From Chiloscyllium plagiosum (lineage: Eukaryota), in the NCBI RefSeq assembly GCF_004010195.1, contig NC_057718.1, positions 17,872,102-17,936,101 of the forward strand: DNA of 64,000 nucleotides, given 5' to 3'. A model generated the notes under the pieces. That model was not told where the DNA came from, searched no databases, and worked only from the letters and a program-made list of their open reading frames with translations. How positions within the stretch are numbered: position 1 is the first letter of the stretch; each line of letters opens with the position of its first letter. Position numbers and translations under genes: made by a program. Positions 37,904 to 49,752 of the stretch are shown one piece after another.

Positions 37904-38678
37904 TGTTATGATCCCAGCTGATGTTTATTACTAGATAAGCTAGATCTCAGACTGAAATCTGACTTGATAGATCATGATTCATTTTATTTTAGTTTGAATG
38001 AGGTAGTCTTTTGCTGAAACACAAACATAGCATATGATTTAAGGAATTTGGTTTTAACAACAAAACAGAAGCTTCACAAAAGAAATAAAGATAAAACTAT
38101 TTATACATTAATACAAGTTTTGAGGTTTTAAAACATAAGGTAAAATATTATTCCCAAAGCTTTCTTTTGCAGATCCTATGAATGTCCTTGTGTCGTACTC
38201 ATATCAAAGAAGAATAATTTTCTCTAACACATCATTAGGTTTAATTAAGTTTAACTCTCAGTTTATAAAACCTCTTGAAGCTTTCATACACTCGAGTTTA
38301 AACATTCTCAGCTTCAAATAATCTCTTCAGGATTTTATTCAAACACATCTGGGGAGAATGTGCAAACTCCACACAGACAGTCGCCCATTGACTGCTTCAC
38401 TTGCTGCACAACACTGACAGACAACCAGGAATCTGAAGGCTTGCACTTCTTCCTCACATGGAGCCTTATTTTAAAGATCCACTTAGTTTTGCTAGGTGTC
38501 CTTTAAATGATCATGCATGCCATGCAGGTCCATGCAAACAGGATCCTTGATGCTTGCCATTGGGAAGCTTGTACTGTCATTGAGCTTCTAAAAACTTCCG
38601 CTGTATTGTTAGAAAGCTGACTTTAGGTATTCCTTACAATTAAGTTCCATTGCCTACCATTAAAAAAAAGGGATTACA
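37904..38678 (-). mobile_element. Probable solo LTR containing a small HE1 fragment (38350-38386)
   Basis: The minus strand begins TGTAATCCC and ends GGGATCATAACA. Confidence 0.4.
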
Positions 38679-38679
38679 A

Positions 38680-38880
38680 GCAGAAGTAGGCTATTCGGCC
38701 CTTGAAGCCTGTTCTACCATTTAATATGATTATTGTTGATCATTTGACTTGGTACCCTATCCCTGCTTTCACCCTATACCTTTTGATTACTTTAGCTCTG
38801 AGAACTATATCTAACTCCTTCTTGAAAACATCCAGTGTTTTGGTCTCATCCGCTTTCTGCAGCAGAGAGTTTCACATTTT
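38680..38880 (-). mobile_element. CR1-type 3' UTR fragment
   Basis: GCAGAAGTAGGCTATTCGGCCC...CCATTTAATATGAT...CTTGATTAC is antisense to the CR1 3' UTR. Confidence 0.7.
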
Positions 38881-39526
38881 ACATGACCAAATCTTCCTGT
38901 CTTATGGGCAGCATAGAATTCTGCACAATGTCCAACATACTGATCCAAACTCCTTTCCTGCAATTTAAATTGTACAATAAAAATAAGAGTGAACAATAGT
39001 TTTTCCTAATACTCACACTTACATGGAATATACATCACAGAACCGAGTCAAGGCAGTGCACTGTTATTCTGTCTAAATACAAAACATGCAAACTCTACTC
39101 CAACCTCCTCTCATTCTTCCTCTTCGAATGTAACCCTTTGTTCCTTTGTCCCGATGTGATTATCTAGTTTCCCTTAAATATGTTATTTGCCTCAACTGCT
39201 GTCCAATTGAGTTGGACATCCAAATTCTTTTGATAATGAAGTTTCTTCTGAATTTTCCATTTGATTTCTTGTTAATTATCTTACATTGAGGACCCCAAAA
39301 CCAGCTGCTGCTGTTTCAGTGGGAGATTTACTGCTCCCAACACTCACTCTTGCCTTGGGTTTGCACAAATTGAAATGTGCAAATAAGAATTGAACACATT
39401 TTAGCAGTAACTCTATCATCAGATGAAAATGTGACTACAGTTTCTGATAAGGTTGAACTCAGTTCCCAGCAGCAGGTATTTTTGTGGCTGTTTGACCTTC
39501 AACTGATTTACCACTGGCAGAGCCAA

Positions 39527-39602
39527 ATATTGTGCACCATAATAGTTCAGTGGGGTCATGAGATATATTGTGCACCATAATAGTTCAGTGGGGTCATGAG
39601 AT
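39527..39602 (+). repeat. Perfect 38-bp tandem duplication
   Basis: ATATTGTGCACCATAATAGTTCAGTGGGGTCATGAGAT x2. Confidence 0.97.
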
Positions 39603-39717
39603 TTTGCTTGAGGTATGAACCGTGCCTCAATGGTAGTGCTTTACTCTTAGTCAGACAGGAGCATTTTCAAGTCACAATCCAGGGAACAGACCTCATCATT
39701 TAGGCTGACTGTGCAAT

Positions 39718-39751
39718 ATCCTGAAGAAGGGCTAATGCCCGAAACGTCGAT
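39718..39751 (+). ncRNA. Minimal type-I hammerhead ribozyme (intact core)
   Basis: ATC CTGAAGA A GGGC TAAT GCCC GAAA CG TC^GAT; helix I is ATC/GAT; predicted cleavage after 39748. Confidence 0.8.
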
Positions 39752-39845
39752 TCTCCTGTTCCCTAGATGCTGCCTGACCTGCTGCTCTTCTCCAGCAACA
39801 CATTTCCATCTCTGATCTCCAGCATCTGCAGACCTCATTTTCTCT
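39720..39845 (+). mobile_element. Single-arm mini-PLE (126 bp) with a 10-bp TSD
   Basis: Starts at the hammerhead and ends ...CTCATTTTCTCT. TSD TGTGCAATAT at 39710-39719 and 39846-39855. Confidence 0.95.
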
Positions 39846-40254
39846 TGTGCAATATGGTAGTAGATGCCTCACTGCTATATGGAAAATGGAACAATTTAAC
39901 TAACCTCAGTCAGAGAGATCGAGAGAAGACATCAAAGTGGAAGAAGCATATGGAGAGAGAGGTCTTAGATGAGACTAGGGAGCTATATTTAGTAACCTGC
40001 AATTAACAGATGTAAATAAGAGAGTGTTATGATGCATCAGGAATGGAAGAGGCTTACTTAAGGATAAGGAGGCAACAGCCTCAGGCACAGTACATATGGA
40101 AAGCCACAGTCCAGAGATACCAAAGAACAGTATTAGCTTAAAACATATGATAAAGGATTCTCATTCAAATAAGGCAAGAATTTAAGTTTTCACCTATCCA
40201 CTTAGAGTGCTGTCAAAAATCCTGGGACTATACGCTAAAATAAAAATAAAATAA

Positions 40255-40366
40255 TGTCAATGCTAGAAATCTGTAATAAATATAGAACATTGTAGAGAAA
40301 CTGGGCAGGTTTGACAGCCTCAGTTGAAGAGATAATATTTTGAATCTGATATGACTTCTTCAGAAA
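40255..40366 (-). mobile_element. Very old PLE 3'-repeat copy with a degenerate hammerhead
   Basis: Minus strand TTCTGAAGAAGTCATATCAGATTCAAAATATT; body similar to 55089-55222. Confidence 0.45.
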
Positions 40367-41194
40367 AATAAGCACCACTACCCAGAATCCTTCCAGTTTG
40401 CCTGTGATTCTGTTCTCACTTTTTATAAAAATACAGTTACTGGTACCAGAGGGTGATTTATTTTTAAAACAAACATTCCTTTCTACTGATCCAGTTCTCT
40501 GTCTGCTGAAACAAAGGGTCCAAAGTGACAGAAATTACAACAAGGTTTCAAATGCTTTCTTTTGTAATTAACAATGGGAGAAACTACAGAGGAGTAACAT
40601 CTCTACTCTATCTTATGTCACCTTCAGTTAACATTTCATGGACACAAATTCGCATTCTTGTTACTGGAACAATTTTTCTTTGAAAATCATTCCTTTCTGC
40701 ACACCATTTCAAATTGAACTTTTTTTCATAAATTGTTCCATGTACTTACATTCTTAAGTGTGCACCGCAGAACAATGGGCCAATAAAACTGCCCAAGCCA
40801 ATCCATAATGACAGTGAATGCACCATTAAACACATTCAAATAAATAATTACAGTCAAATTCTTTACCTGTCTAAAAAATATAAATCAAATGCATTATCGA
40901 GAAGCATAGAAAGAGTGATTTACATCTCACTTGTGATACTAACAACAATGTAAGGCTTCACTTTGTGGAAAAAGATGAACTCTGCTCAATCATTGTACAT
41001 GATTTGAATTTTGTTGCTGTTATTAAAGAATGTCAATTTTGTCGAAAATCAAAAAATTTTATTGCTTGCAATTTCTATTTATGTATAACTACATTTTGTT
41101 TCATATTTTCCATCTGAGAAGCTCCATGTTACCAATATTTTCATGCTATGATAAAGCAAAGGTTCACAGTTCTTGGGACCCCTAAACCTTAGAC

Positions 41195-41590
41195 CTTGGG
41201 ACCCCTAAACATTTCCTCAGGTAATGAAGCCCTTTTTAAGTCCACTCACTACTGTAATGTTGGAACTGGGGCTGCCAATTTGTGAACTGTGAACTCTTGT
41301 GAACAACAATGGGGTAATGCGTAAATCTGATTTTTTTGTTGTGACATTGATTGAGGGATAAATGTTGGCTTGGGACACAGGAAAGGACTCTCCATCTCCT
41401 CAACTTAATTTTTTGAAATTTATTCTAATAGTGACCTTGGAGGACAACAGATCTTGACTTAATGCCTCTTCCAAAAAAAAACAGCAGCACCAGCTGTATA
41501 GTTATCCTTCAGTTCTGTAATGGAAGACCAGCCCAAGATTTTGATGGTTAAAATATTTGGAATGGGACCTAATGCAGTCTGAGTATGAGT
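41195..41590 (-). mobile_element. Old Deu-domain SINE
   Basis: Antisense to 43945-44250 (TTGAGGGATAAATGTTGGC, GCCAATTTGTG, CTGTAATGT). Confidence 0.6.
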
Positions 41591-41727
41591 CCTAACCCTG
41601 AAAATACAACTGGTCTCAACCAATTAATATGTTTTTTACTTTATGGAGTTCCAGACATTACAAACTCAGTAGGATTTGTGTCCAATCCATATCTGCACTC
41701 TTCATTGTTGTCACTAAGATTATACTT

Positions 41728-42163
41728 AAAAATGTGTTGCTGGAAAAGCGCAGCAGGTCAGGCAGCAAAACTGCTCATCTTTTGCACTTTTGCTAAATTC
41801 CATGGTGGAGTTCATTTGCATCAAGTACTTGGTCTTATCATTACAATTCCTCTATTCCTTCCACTTCCACTTAGTCCACCTCTTTCATTCCATTTCAAAA
41901 CCCAAAATTATGGCCTCTTGCTCTTCCTGAATTATTTTGTATATATTTCGTTTATGAAGCATTTTCCAGCCTATCTAAAGATATAAAAGTACAAGATGTT
42001 AGTCAAGTGGAGTATGTAAATCATGTGATCTTTAATCCTGATGAAGGGCTTATGCCCAAAACGTCAATTTTCCTGCTCCTTGATGCTGCCTGACCTGCTG
42101 CGCTTTTCCAGCAACACATTTTTAAGCTCTGATCTCCAGCATCTGCAGTCCTCACTTTCTCCT
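41728..42163 (+). mobile_element. Composite mini-PLE: inverted arm, captured local DNA, then PLE 3' repeat; 15-bp TSD
   Basis: TSD ACTAAGATTATACTT at 41713-41727 and 42164-42178. 43-bp perfect inverted arms at 41725-41767 and 42084-42126. 41771-42038 duplicates 42945-43217. Confidence 0.93.
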
Positions 42164-42578
42164 ACTAAGATTATACTTGACAGACTCAGTTTAATGCGAG
42201 TCATTCTTTTAGTACAATTAGATTAAATTCAACAAGATGGTATCCCAGATCCTTGTATCAAGTAAAATTTTATAAAGAAGTTTTTGATAGAGTGTATTGT
42301 TTGTCAGTATTTGAGATCAAGTGATCTTGGCTCAGTGAGATTGCTGCTATATAGCTTGCACTGTTTCCTTTCTTTTATCATTTTCTCTCATTGCCTGTCT
42401 GTGGGTGTAATGTTTCAATTTCCTGTTTTTGTCTTGCTGTGGCTTTTCTTTCAGCCTTATAATACTGGATTACAGCATTGGTTTACACTCCGCTTTTGTG
42501 AGTATTGTTTTTTTGGGTAACTACTGGATTTTTTGCTGGAACAGCACAGCAGGTCAGGCAGCATCCAGGGAACAGGAG

Positions 42579-42614
42579 ATTCGACGTTTCGGGCACAGGC
42601 CCTTCTTCAGGAAT
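42579..42614 (-). ncRNA. Minimal type-I hammerhead ribozyme (intact; mirror copy)
   Basis: Reverse complement of 42734-42769. Confidence 0.85.
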
Positions 42615-42733
42615 GAGCAGAGAGTGTTCAGCAGGAGAAGATAAAAGGTAGGGAGGAGGGACTTGGAGGAGGGGCCCTCCTCCAAGTCCCTCCTCCCTAC
42701 CTTTTATCTTCTCCTGCTGAACACTCTCTGCTC

Positions 42734-42769
42734 ATTCCTGAAGAAGGGCCTGTGCCCGAAACGTCGAAT
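42734..42769 (+). ncRNA. Minimal type-I hammerhead ribozyme (intact)
   Basis: ATTC CTGAAGA A GGGC CTGT GCCC GAAA CG TC^GAAT. Helix I is ATTC/GAAT, helix II is GGGC/GCCC and helix III is the ACGT palindrome. Predicted cleavage after 42765. Confidence 0.85.
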
Positions 42770-43217
42770 CTCCTGTTCCCTGGATGCTGCCTGACCTGCT
42801 GTGCTGTTCCAGCAATAAAGTTTCAACTTTGATCTCCAGCATCTGCAGACCTCACTTTCTCCTCTAACTACTGGATTTCTCTCACATAACCAGGTGCTAA
42901 CATCTTCTCCTTTTTGGATCCATTTTACCCCCACCATTGAAGTTCTGCTCATCTTTTGCACTTTTGCTAAATTCCATGGTGGAGTTCATTTGCATCAAGT
43001 TCTTGGTCTTATCATTACGATTCCTCTATTCCTTCCACTTCCACTTAGTTCACCTCTTTCCTTCCATTTCAAAACCCATCTCTTGATTATAGCCTCTTGC
43101 TCTTCCTGAATTATTTTGTATACATTTCGTTTATGAAGCATTTTCCAGCCTATCTAAAGATATAAAAGTACAAGTTGTTAGTCAAGTGGAGTATGTAAAT
43201 CATGTGATCTTTAATCC

Positions 43218-43329
43218 CGATGAAGGCTTATGCCCGAAACGTCAATTTTCCTGCTCCTTGGTGCTGTCTGATCTGCTGTGCCACACTTTTCAACTCTGAT
43301 CTCCAGCATCTGCAGTCGTCACTTTCTTC
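43218..43329 (+). mobile_element. Older single-arm mini-PLE with a 13-bp TSD (mutated hammerhead)
   Basis: TSD TGATCTTTAATCC at 43205-43217 and 43330-43342; core reads CCGATGA. Confidence 0.92.
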
Positions 43330-43944
43330 TGATCTTTAATCCTAGTCTGTGCTAACAGTCAATAGTTCCAGCAGGACTGTTATGAGCAGATAAAAATGGT
43401 TGATTCATCAGGAATATAAAACGCCTTGGGAAAATTAAATTAAAATTTATAGTAAACTACAATTGGATGGATGTTATAAACCAACTTGCAATCAATTATA
43501 AAAAGCAAGTCCCTTATGATGACGTATTTCTAAACCAATTGTTTTACAGGAAGCACAACTACACAGACAGAATAAGGTGCTGCAAAATATTCCTCAACTA
43601 GCTTCCTGAGAAAATGAAGTCTTAAAGTGTACAGCATGCACATCTCTCAGAATTCCCTTTATAAGGTGCAACATTCCTACTATTCCTAAAGATGATTATA
43701 CCTGTCATTAATCTTCTGTGCACTAGGGATATCTCTAACTGGAAAATCATTCCAATATGGGCAGAATAACGGAGGATGATTTTGACCATGTATAATACCA
43801 AAAAAAAACTGATGGGCAGAGTGCTGGCTTTTCACTGTCACTGGCTTTGTTTTTGGACACTTTGCTATTAGCTAGTTAGTAGTAGATTTGCCTCTGGATT
43901 GAAACAGCAGCCTTGGACACGAGCACAAAAAGCTGAATAGCTGC

Positions 43945-44250
43945 TGGAAGTGCTGTCTTTCAAATGGGACAGTATTAAGGCCCAGTATTATCTGCTCTCT
44001 TAGGTGAAAGTCAAAGATCCCAGTGTGTTTTGAAGAGGAGCAAGGGAGTTCCACCTTCTGCTAATATTTGTCCCTCAAACCAGATTGCAAACACAGATTA
44101 TTCAACCATTATCACAATGCTGTTTGTGGGAGCTTATGAATTGGTTACTGCATTCCCTGTAACGGTGACTCCTCTTGAGAAAAACTATGTTGGCTATAAA
44201 GTGTTTTGAGATGCCTTGTGGTTTGAAAGGCTGCTGTCTAAATGTAAGAT
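43945..44250 (+). mobile_element. Deu-domain SINE (SacSINE1-like)
   Basis: GTCAAAGATCCCA...GAAGAGGAGCAAGGGAGTTC...CAGATTAT...TGCTGTTTGTGGGAGCTT...TGAAAGGC match the Deu domain and tail as I recall them. Confidence 0.75.
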
Positions 44251-45104
44251 TTAATCAAATTTTGCACTCATCATGTGAAACACATGTTTGGCTTCAACAC
44301 TAGCAATTGTAGTGGCACTGTTTCAATCATCATATCATATTGTCGTGTCAATGGTGCCTCTTCTCTTGGATAATGTCGTGCAGGGTATGCTCATCTAGAC
44401 ACTCACTGTCTGTGTGGATTTGGAATGTAATTAGTTGAGAAAGGAAGATGGCTTCTACCATCATGGTTTGTCCCACCATCTTCAAATCTAATTTTTCATG
44501 CTATTTTTATTTAAATAATTTAATTGGTTTGGTGTTAAAGATTTCCTTGGAGCTTTTTGACAGGCCCAAACACATTAAGAACATTCTGACATTGTTTAGC
44601 AAGAAGAATACTTTCAATATCATTGATTATTTTTATAACTGATTTTTACAAATTGAGTGAACAAGCAGTTTGGAATTCAGTATGATTGACCTGGTGATTG
44701 TTAGTGTCTCGGCTGTGATGATATTTAAAAAAGAGAGGGCACAATTTAAACACAAATCAACCAATTCAAATTTGCTATGATTGATTTTATATCTGTTATG
44801 CCCATGTACATTAGCTCTAAGTGTGATGGACCAGAAGTAGGAATTTGTTTGGATGTCACTTCTATTTCTCCTGGGAAATTTAGATTGTAAGATAATGCCC
44901 CCGTAGTTAAAAATCAATTTTATCCTTGCAAATAAACTGGGTGCTTAAAGAAGTTTGCTGGGTGGTTAATGAGTTTACTCCCATCATAGACTTTCAAACA
45001 ATGGGTGTCTTTCTGAGATTTATTCCTTTGACATTGATGAGGGTTAGGAGAATTGTAGATGGAAAAGCTAACATTTTTCTGATTCTTGTGAACTTATCAA
45101 TTAG

Positions 45105-45360
45105 TGTTAGGAGGAGTAGACCATTCAGTCTCTCAAGCCTGCTCTGCTATAAAATCATGGTTGATCTGTTTGTGTTCCGAATTTCACATTACCATCTATC
45201 ACTGATATACCTTTAGTTCCCTTGCTTAACTAGAACCTATTGTCCTCTGCCTTAAAAACATTCAACAATCCCTCCTTCTCCACCTTCAGAGGCAGATAGT
45301 GCCAAAGTTGCATAGCCCTCTGGAGAGAAATAAAATTCCTCATTTTAGATTTAAAAGAGC
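45105..45360 (-). mobile_element. Old CR1-type 3' fragment
   Basis: GGAGTAGACCATTCAG...ATCATGGTTGATCTG...CTCTGCCTTAAAAACATTCAA...CCCTCTGGAGAGAA. Confidence 0.65.
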
Positions 45361-46108
45361 AATTTGTGTATTGAAGCAACATAATGTGGAATGCTGTGTC
45401 CTTGATCTAAATTACATTGCTGCAAATTACAATGTGGTTGATAACTGTATCTAAGTAAGGGGCTGCTGGAATTTTCCTAATTCTGAACCACTGCAGGCAT
45501 AGTCCTGAGATAGTTGTGTGGAAGCTGCCTTATCATTATGCAAAGTTATTTGCGCAAACCTAAAACACTGTTGCCTGTATCCAAATGCATGCAAAACCCT
45601 GCTCATCCATGAAACCCTGCTTGCCACGTTTGTTGAGTCCACTGGCTCCTGGTCTGGCAGAGCTCATCAAAAAAATTTTCATTTGCCTTTTCCAAACCTC
45701 TATGATCTAGTCTTTCTTTACAATTTATAAAATCTTCCAGCTACACAAACCTCTGAGATCTCTTTGTTTCTCCAATTTTGGACTCTTGTTTAACCCCTGA
45801 TTTTAATCGTTCCACCACAAATGGCTATGCCTTCAAATGCATAGATCCCAAGTTATGGAACTGATTAAACTCTGCTTTCTCACTCGTCCTTTAAGATATT
45901 TCTTAAAATATCCATCTTTGATTGAGCTTTTAGCCATCAGTCCTAATCCCTCCTGATGAGGGTTGGTGACTTTTGTTTTGTAACACTGCTATGGAATGAC
46001 TTGGAATGTTTTACTTTGTTGAAGTTAAATACAAGTTGTTGCACCATGGAGTAGTGTGGTAGGGCCACCTATTGTTTGCCAGGCCAGGCAAGGCAGCATC
46101 AAAATGAA

Positions 46109-46244
46109 GGTATGCCTGATGAAGGGCTTTTGCCCGAAACGTCGATTTTACTGCTCCTTGGATGCTGCCCGACCAGCTGTGCTTTTCCAGCACCTCTCTA
46201 ATCCAGACTCTGGTTTCCAGCATCTGCAGTCCTTGTTTTTACCT
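46109..46244 (+). mobile_element. Single-arm mini-PLE with a 14-bp TSD and an intact hammerhead core (46115-46144)
   Basis: CTGATGA A GGGC TTTT GCCC GAAA CG TC; ends TTTTTACCT. TSD AGCATCAAAATGAA at 46095-46108 and 46245-46258. Confidence 0.95.
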
Positions 46245-46671
46245 AGCATCAAAATGAATTGCCATTCTGCTCTTGCTGTTGTGTTCCACATCACCAGGCT
46301 CTCTGATCTGCTGACTGGCAGACCTTACAGTAGCAGTAATAACATTGGAATAATACTTGTAGCTTTACCCACCTGATCACCAAACATGTCCAATGAGAAG
46401 TTGAATATACCATGGCATTTAGGGAAATATTCAATGTGTTTAAGAGAGGTGCTAAGATTGATATGCCTCTTGGACATGAAGAACATTATGACCAATGTTT
46501 GTAGCATTTCCAAGCACTTTGGAGTGAACTTCAATCATTTACATCAAAAAATGACTTGGGAGCTGTATCATTGCAGTATTACAAAAAAAAAATAATATGG
46601 ATAAATGCAGGATATTGCATTTTGGTAAAACAAACAAGGACAGGACTTATACAGTTAACGGTAGGGCCCTA

Positions 46672-46965
46672 GGCAGTATGGTGGCTCCATGCTCAGCACT
46701 GCTTCCTCACTCACCAGTGACCTGGGTTCAATTCTAGCCTCAGGCGACTGTCTGTGTAGAGTTTGCACATTCTCCCTATGTCTGCATGGGTTTCTTCCCA
46801 CAATTCAAAGATGTGCAGGTTAGGTGAATTGGCTGTGCTAAATTTCCATAGTGTTCAGGGATGCGTAGGTTACGTCCATTAGTCAGGGGGTATGTGAAGG
46901 GGAGTGGGTCTGGGTAGGATACACTTTGGAGGGTTGGTGTGGACTTGTTGAACTTTAGGGATTCT
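46672..46965 (+). mobile_element. HE1-like V-SINE adjoining a short CR1 fragment (46600-46671)
   Basis: B-box GGGTTCAATTC, GAGTTTGCACATTCTCCC and tail. Confidence 0.88.
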
Positions 46966-47900
46966 CCGAAATTCTGGTCCTCTTGTGTCAATTTTCTTTG
47001 CTTTGGTGTTTCACCCAGCACAGACTCTTTTGTCAAAGTCACTTTACAAATCTTCAAGATGCATGTATGTACACTGCCGCTATTTTCAGCCATGTAACAC
47101 ACTGTCAGATAGATGATTGCTCATTGTGACTAGTTTCCATTACAGTGTTTTGCACATTGTCATAAACATGTCTGCATTGGAAATTAATGATGCACTGTGC
47201 ACCTCCAGCATTGGTACAGACCTACTGTTCAGTTTTTGCTTTGGTGTCTAGTTATATGATTCATTTGGCTGGAATTTTCCTTTGGATGCCTGATCCATGA
47301 TGTCTGGACCATATTCTGGTCCTGAGCCCACCTGCTGAGTCATCTTTACATGAGACAGTCACTTATCATCAAACTAAGGATTCTGTCTTCATGGATCCAG
47401 TAATATTCAGTCCAGTACAATGGAGATTATGAGGAGGACAAATGGGAATACAAATGTTGAAAAAAGGGAGTCCTCATAACTTTTTAACATGCTGAAATCA
47501 AATCTTTCAGGTCTGGATTTGTTTACAATCATTCGTTTAGATTCTGTAGTAGGTAAAATATTATGATTATCATTATTTCCAGGAGAACACACAATGATGC
47601 ACCCACCTGAATAGAAAACGCACTACCTGTAATTAAAACAACCAAAGGGCGTGTGAATGCTGTGTAGTGAACCATACTGCTTTGAACATTCAAATTACTG
47701 AAATTTTACACAATTAAGAGGAATGTCTCAGTTTTTTTTAAAGAAGGATTGTGAAAGGGTTGCTTTGCATTTTAACATATGAAAACATGAAGCCAATTGG
47801 TTTAAAATTCATTCCTGGGATATTTGCATCATTGGCAAAGATATTTATTGCCCTTGCATAATTGCCTCAAGATGCAGTCATTTTTCTTAAAATAAAATAT

Positions 47901-48206
47901 GGGCGGCACGGTGGCACAGTGGTTAGCACTGCTGCCTCACAGCGCCAGACACCTGGGTTCAATTCCCACCTCAGGCGACTGACTGTGTGGAGACATTCTC
48001 CCCGTGTCTGTGTGGGTTTCCTCCGGGTGCTCCGGTTTCCTCCCACAGTCCAAAGATGTGCAGGTCAGGTGAATTGGCCATGCTAAATTGCCCGTAGTGT
48101 TAGGTAAGGGGTAAATGTAGGTGTATGGGTGGGTTGCGCTTCAGCGGAAGGTGTGGACTTGTTGGGCCGAAGGGCCTGTTTCCACACTGTAAGTAATCTA
48201 ATCTAA
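47901..48206 (+). mobile_element. Young full-length HE1-like V-SINE
   Basis: GGGCGGCACGGTGGCACAGTGGTTAGC head, GGTTCAATTCC B-box, V-domain GGGTTTCCTCCGGGTGCTCCGGTTTCCTCCCACAGTCCAAAGA and AATCTAATCT tail. Confidence 0.97.
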
Positions 48207-49019
48207 ACAAATTGCTTGATCTAATAGAGTGGCTGGATTGATGCACTGCAGAATGCAGAATGACAATGATGGAGTTGTTGATGATACATGTAGGCCTGAC
48301 AAGCAAGTATAGCAGGTTTCTTCCCCCAAAAGGCCTTTTGGTGGGCACTTGACTTTTAAAAATAACCCAACAACTTCAAGGCACCTTTTACTTTTATCAG
48401 CTTTTCATTTCCAAGCTTTCTTTGAAACTGATTGAAATTCTCCTACTCCATGTGAAAACTTTTACTTAGATGCTTAAACATTAGCCCAGAGTTCTAGATT
48501 ACTAGTCAGTAACATAGTAGAATGATGTACATAGCAAATATTCAATAAATTTATCTGCAGGAAATTCAGAACTCCAGGCTTTTGTCTGAAGTGAAGAAGG
48601 AGAAATTCAGAAAGTACAACCACTGGAAAAGGTGAGAGTTTGGTGTTGGTTAAAATCAAAGGTTAAACATCATGAAAGTACAGGTTGTGTTGCAGAAAGA
48701 TTGTATGGATGGACAGCATTGGGAACTCAATAGAGAGGAATGAGAGCAGAATTTCAGTGAACAGAGATACCTATGGTCCTTCATGGACTGTGACTAGTCA
48801 TGAATGGATGGTTATTAAACACCCTGTTATGCTATCAATATTGATCTCCTGGAAGATCATGTGCAAAGCTTAGTATCCTATTGAAAAAATACAAAAATAT
48901 TGTGGTCTTAATTAGAATTAAAAATGTTTGCACAGAATATTATGTTCTTTGTTCTTCAGTCATTTACTTCTGAAGTACTTCAAGAACATTATGACATTCT
49001 TCCAGTTTCTATGCCTTCG

Positions 49020-49752
49020 TTGCATCTGTTCTGCGTCAGAATGTTCCACAATAGAAGTTTTGATATGCCTCCCTTTTCCATATAGAGGGTTCTGGTCTAT
49101 GATATGACAGAGTACTCAAACATGTCTGACCCACTTCACGTACTTCTGCTCTTACCTCTTTCCTGTCCTTCCTAGAATCACAGTAAGGCTTCCCTTTGTC
49201 CTTACTTTCCACTCCACCTAGCTTCAATATTAATCCTCTGTCTTTTCTGCTATTCTAACATGATGCCACCACCAACTTAATTTCTCCTTAGCATCACAAA
49301 GAGACTGTTCCTTCTGTTAAACTGCTGTCTAGTTATCAATTACCAAACCCCCAACTCCTTCCATGCTATTTTAGAAGGTGCAAAAGCCTGTTCTTTTACC
49401 TCCTCTGCTTTCACTGTCAAAGGCCCCAAACCCTCTTTCCTGGGGAAGCTGCAGGTTTACTTGAACTTGTTTCAATTTAGCATACAGTATTCAGTATTCA
49501 CAATGTGGTCACCTCTGCATTAGGGGGAACAAACACAGAACAGCTGAGAGCATTGCGCACATCCACTCTGTCAGCAAGTGTAACCCAGAGCTTCGAGTTG
49601 CTTCCCATTTTAATTCAGCACCTTACTCTTACATTCACATTTCTGCTGTCACCCTAGTCCAGTGAAGCTCTACGCAAGTTTAAAGAACCATGTTTCTTCC
49701 AATTATGTACATCTGCAGCCATCTGGATTCAACAGCGGAGTTCAACAATTTC
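49020..49752 (+). mobile_element. Old Neptune-type PLE fragment (linker plus GIY-YIG), heavily degraded
   Basis: TCACAATGTGGTCACCTCTGCATT (about SQCGLL.IG) and CCCATTTTAATTC (about HFNS); colinear with the reverse complement of 23600-24300. Confidence 0.7.

Larger units (their letters stand above)
42532..42864 (+). mobile_element. Young mini-PLE forming a perfect palindrome with 141-bp arms; 14-bp TSD
   Basis: 42533-42673 is the exact reverse complement of 42675-42815. TSD TAACTACTGGATTT at 42518-42531 and 42865-42878. Confidence 0.97.

Noticed and set aside
9107..48206. tRNA genes
   Set aside because: The A/B-box segments are SINE heads fused to V-domains and LINE-derived tails.
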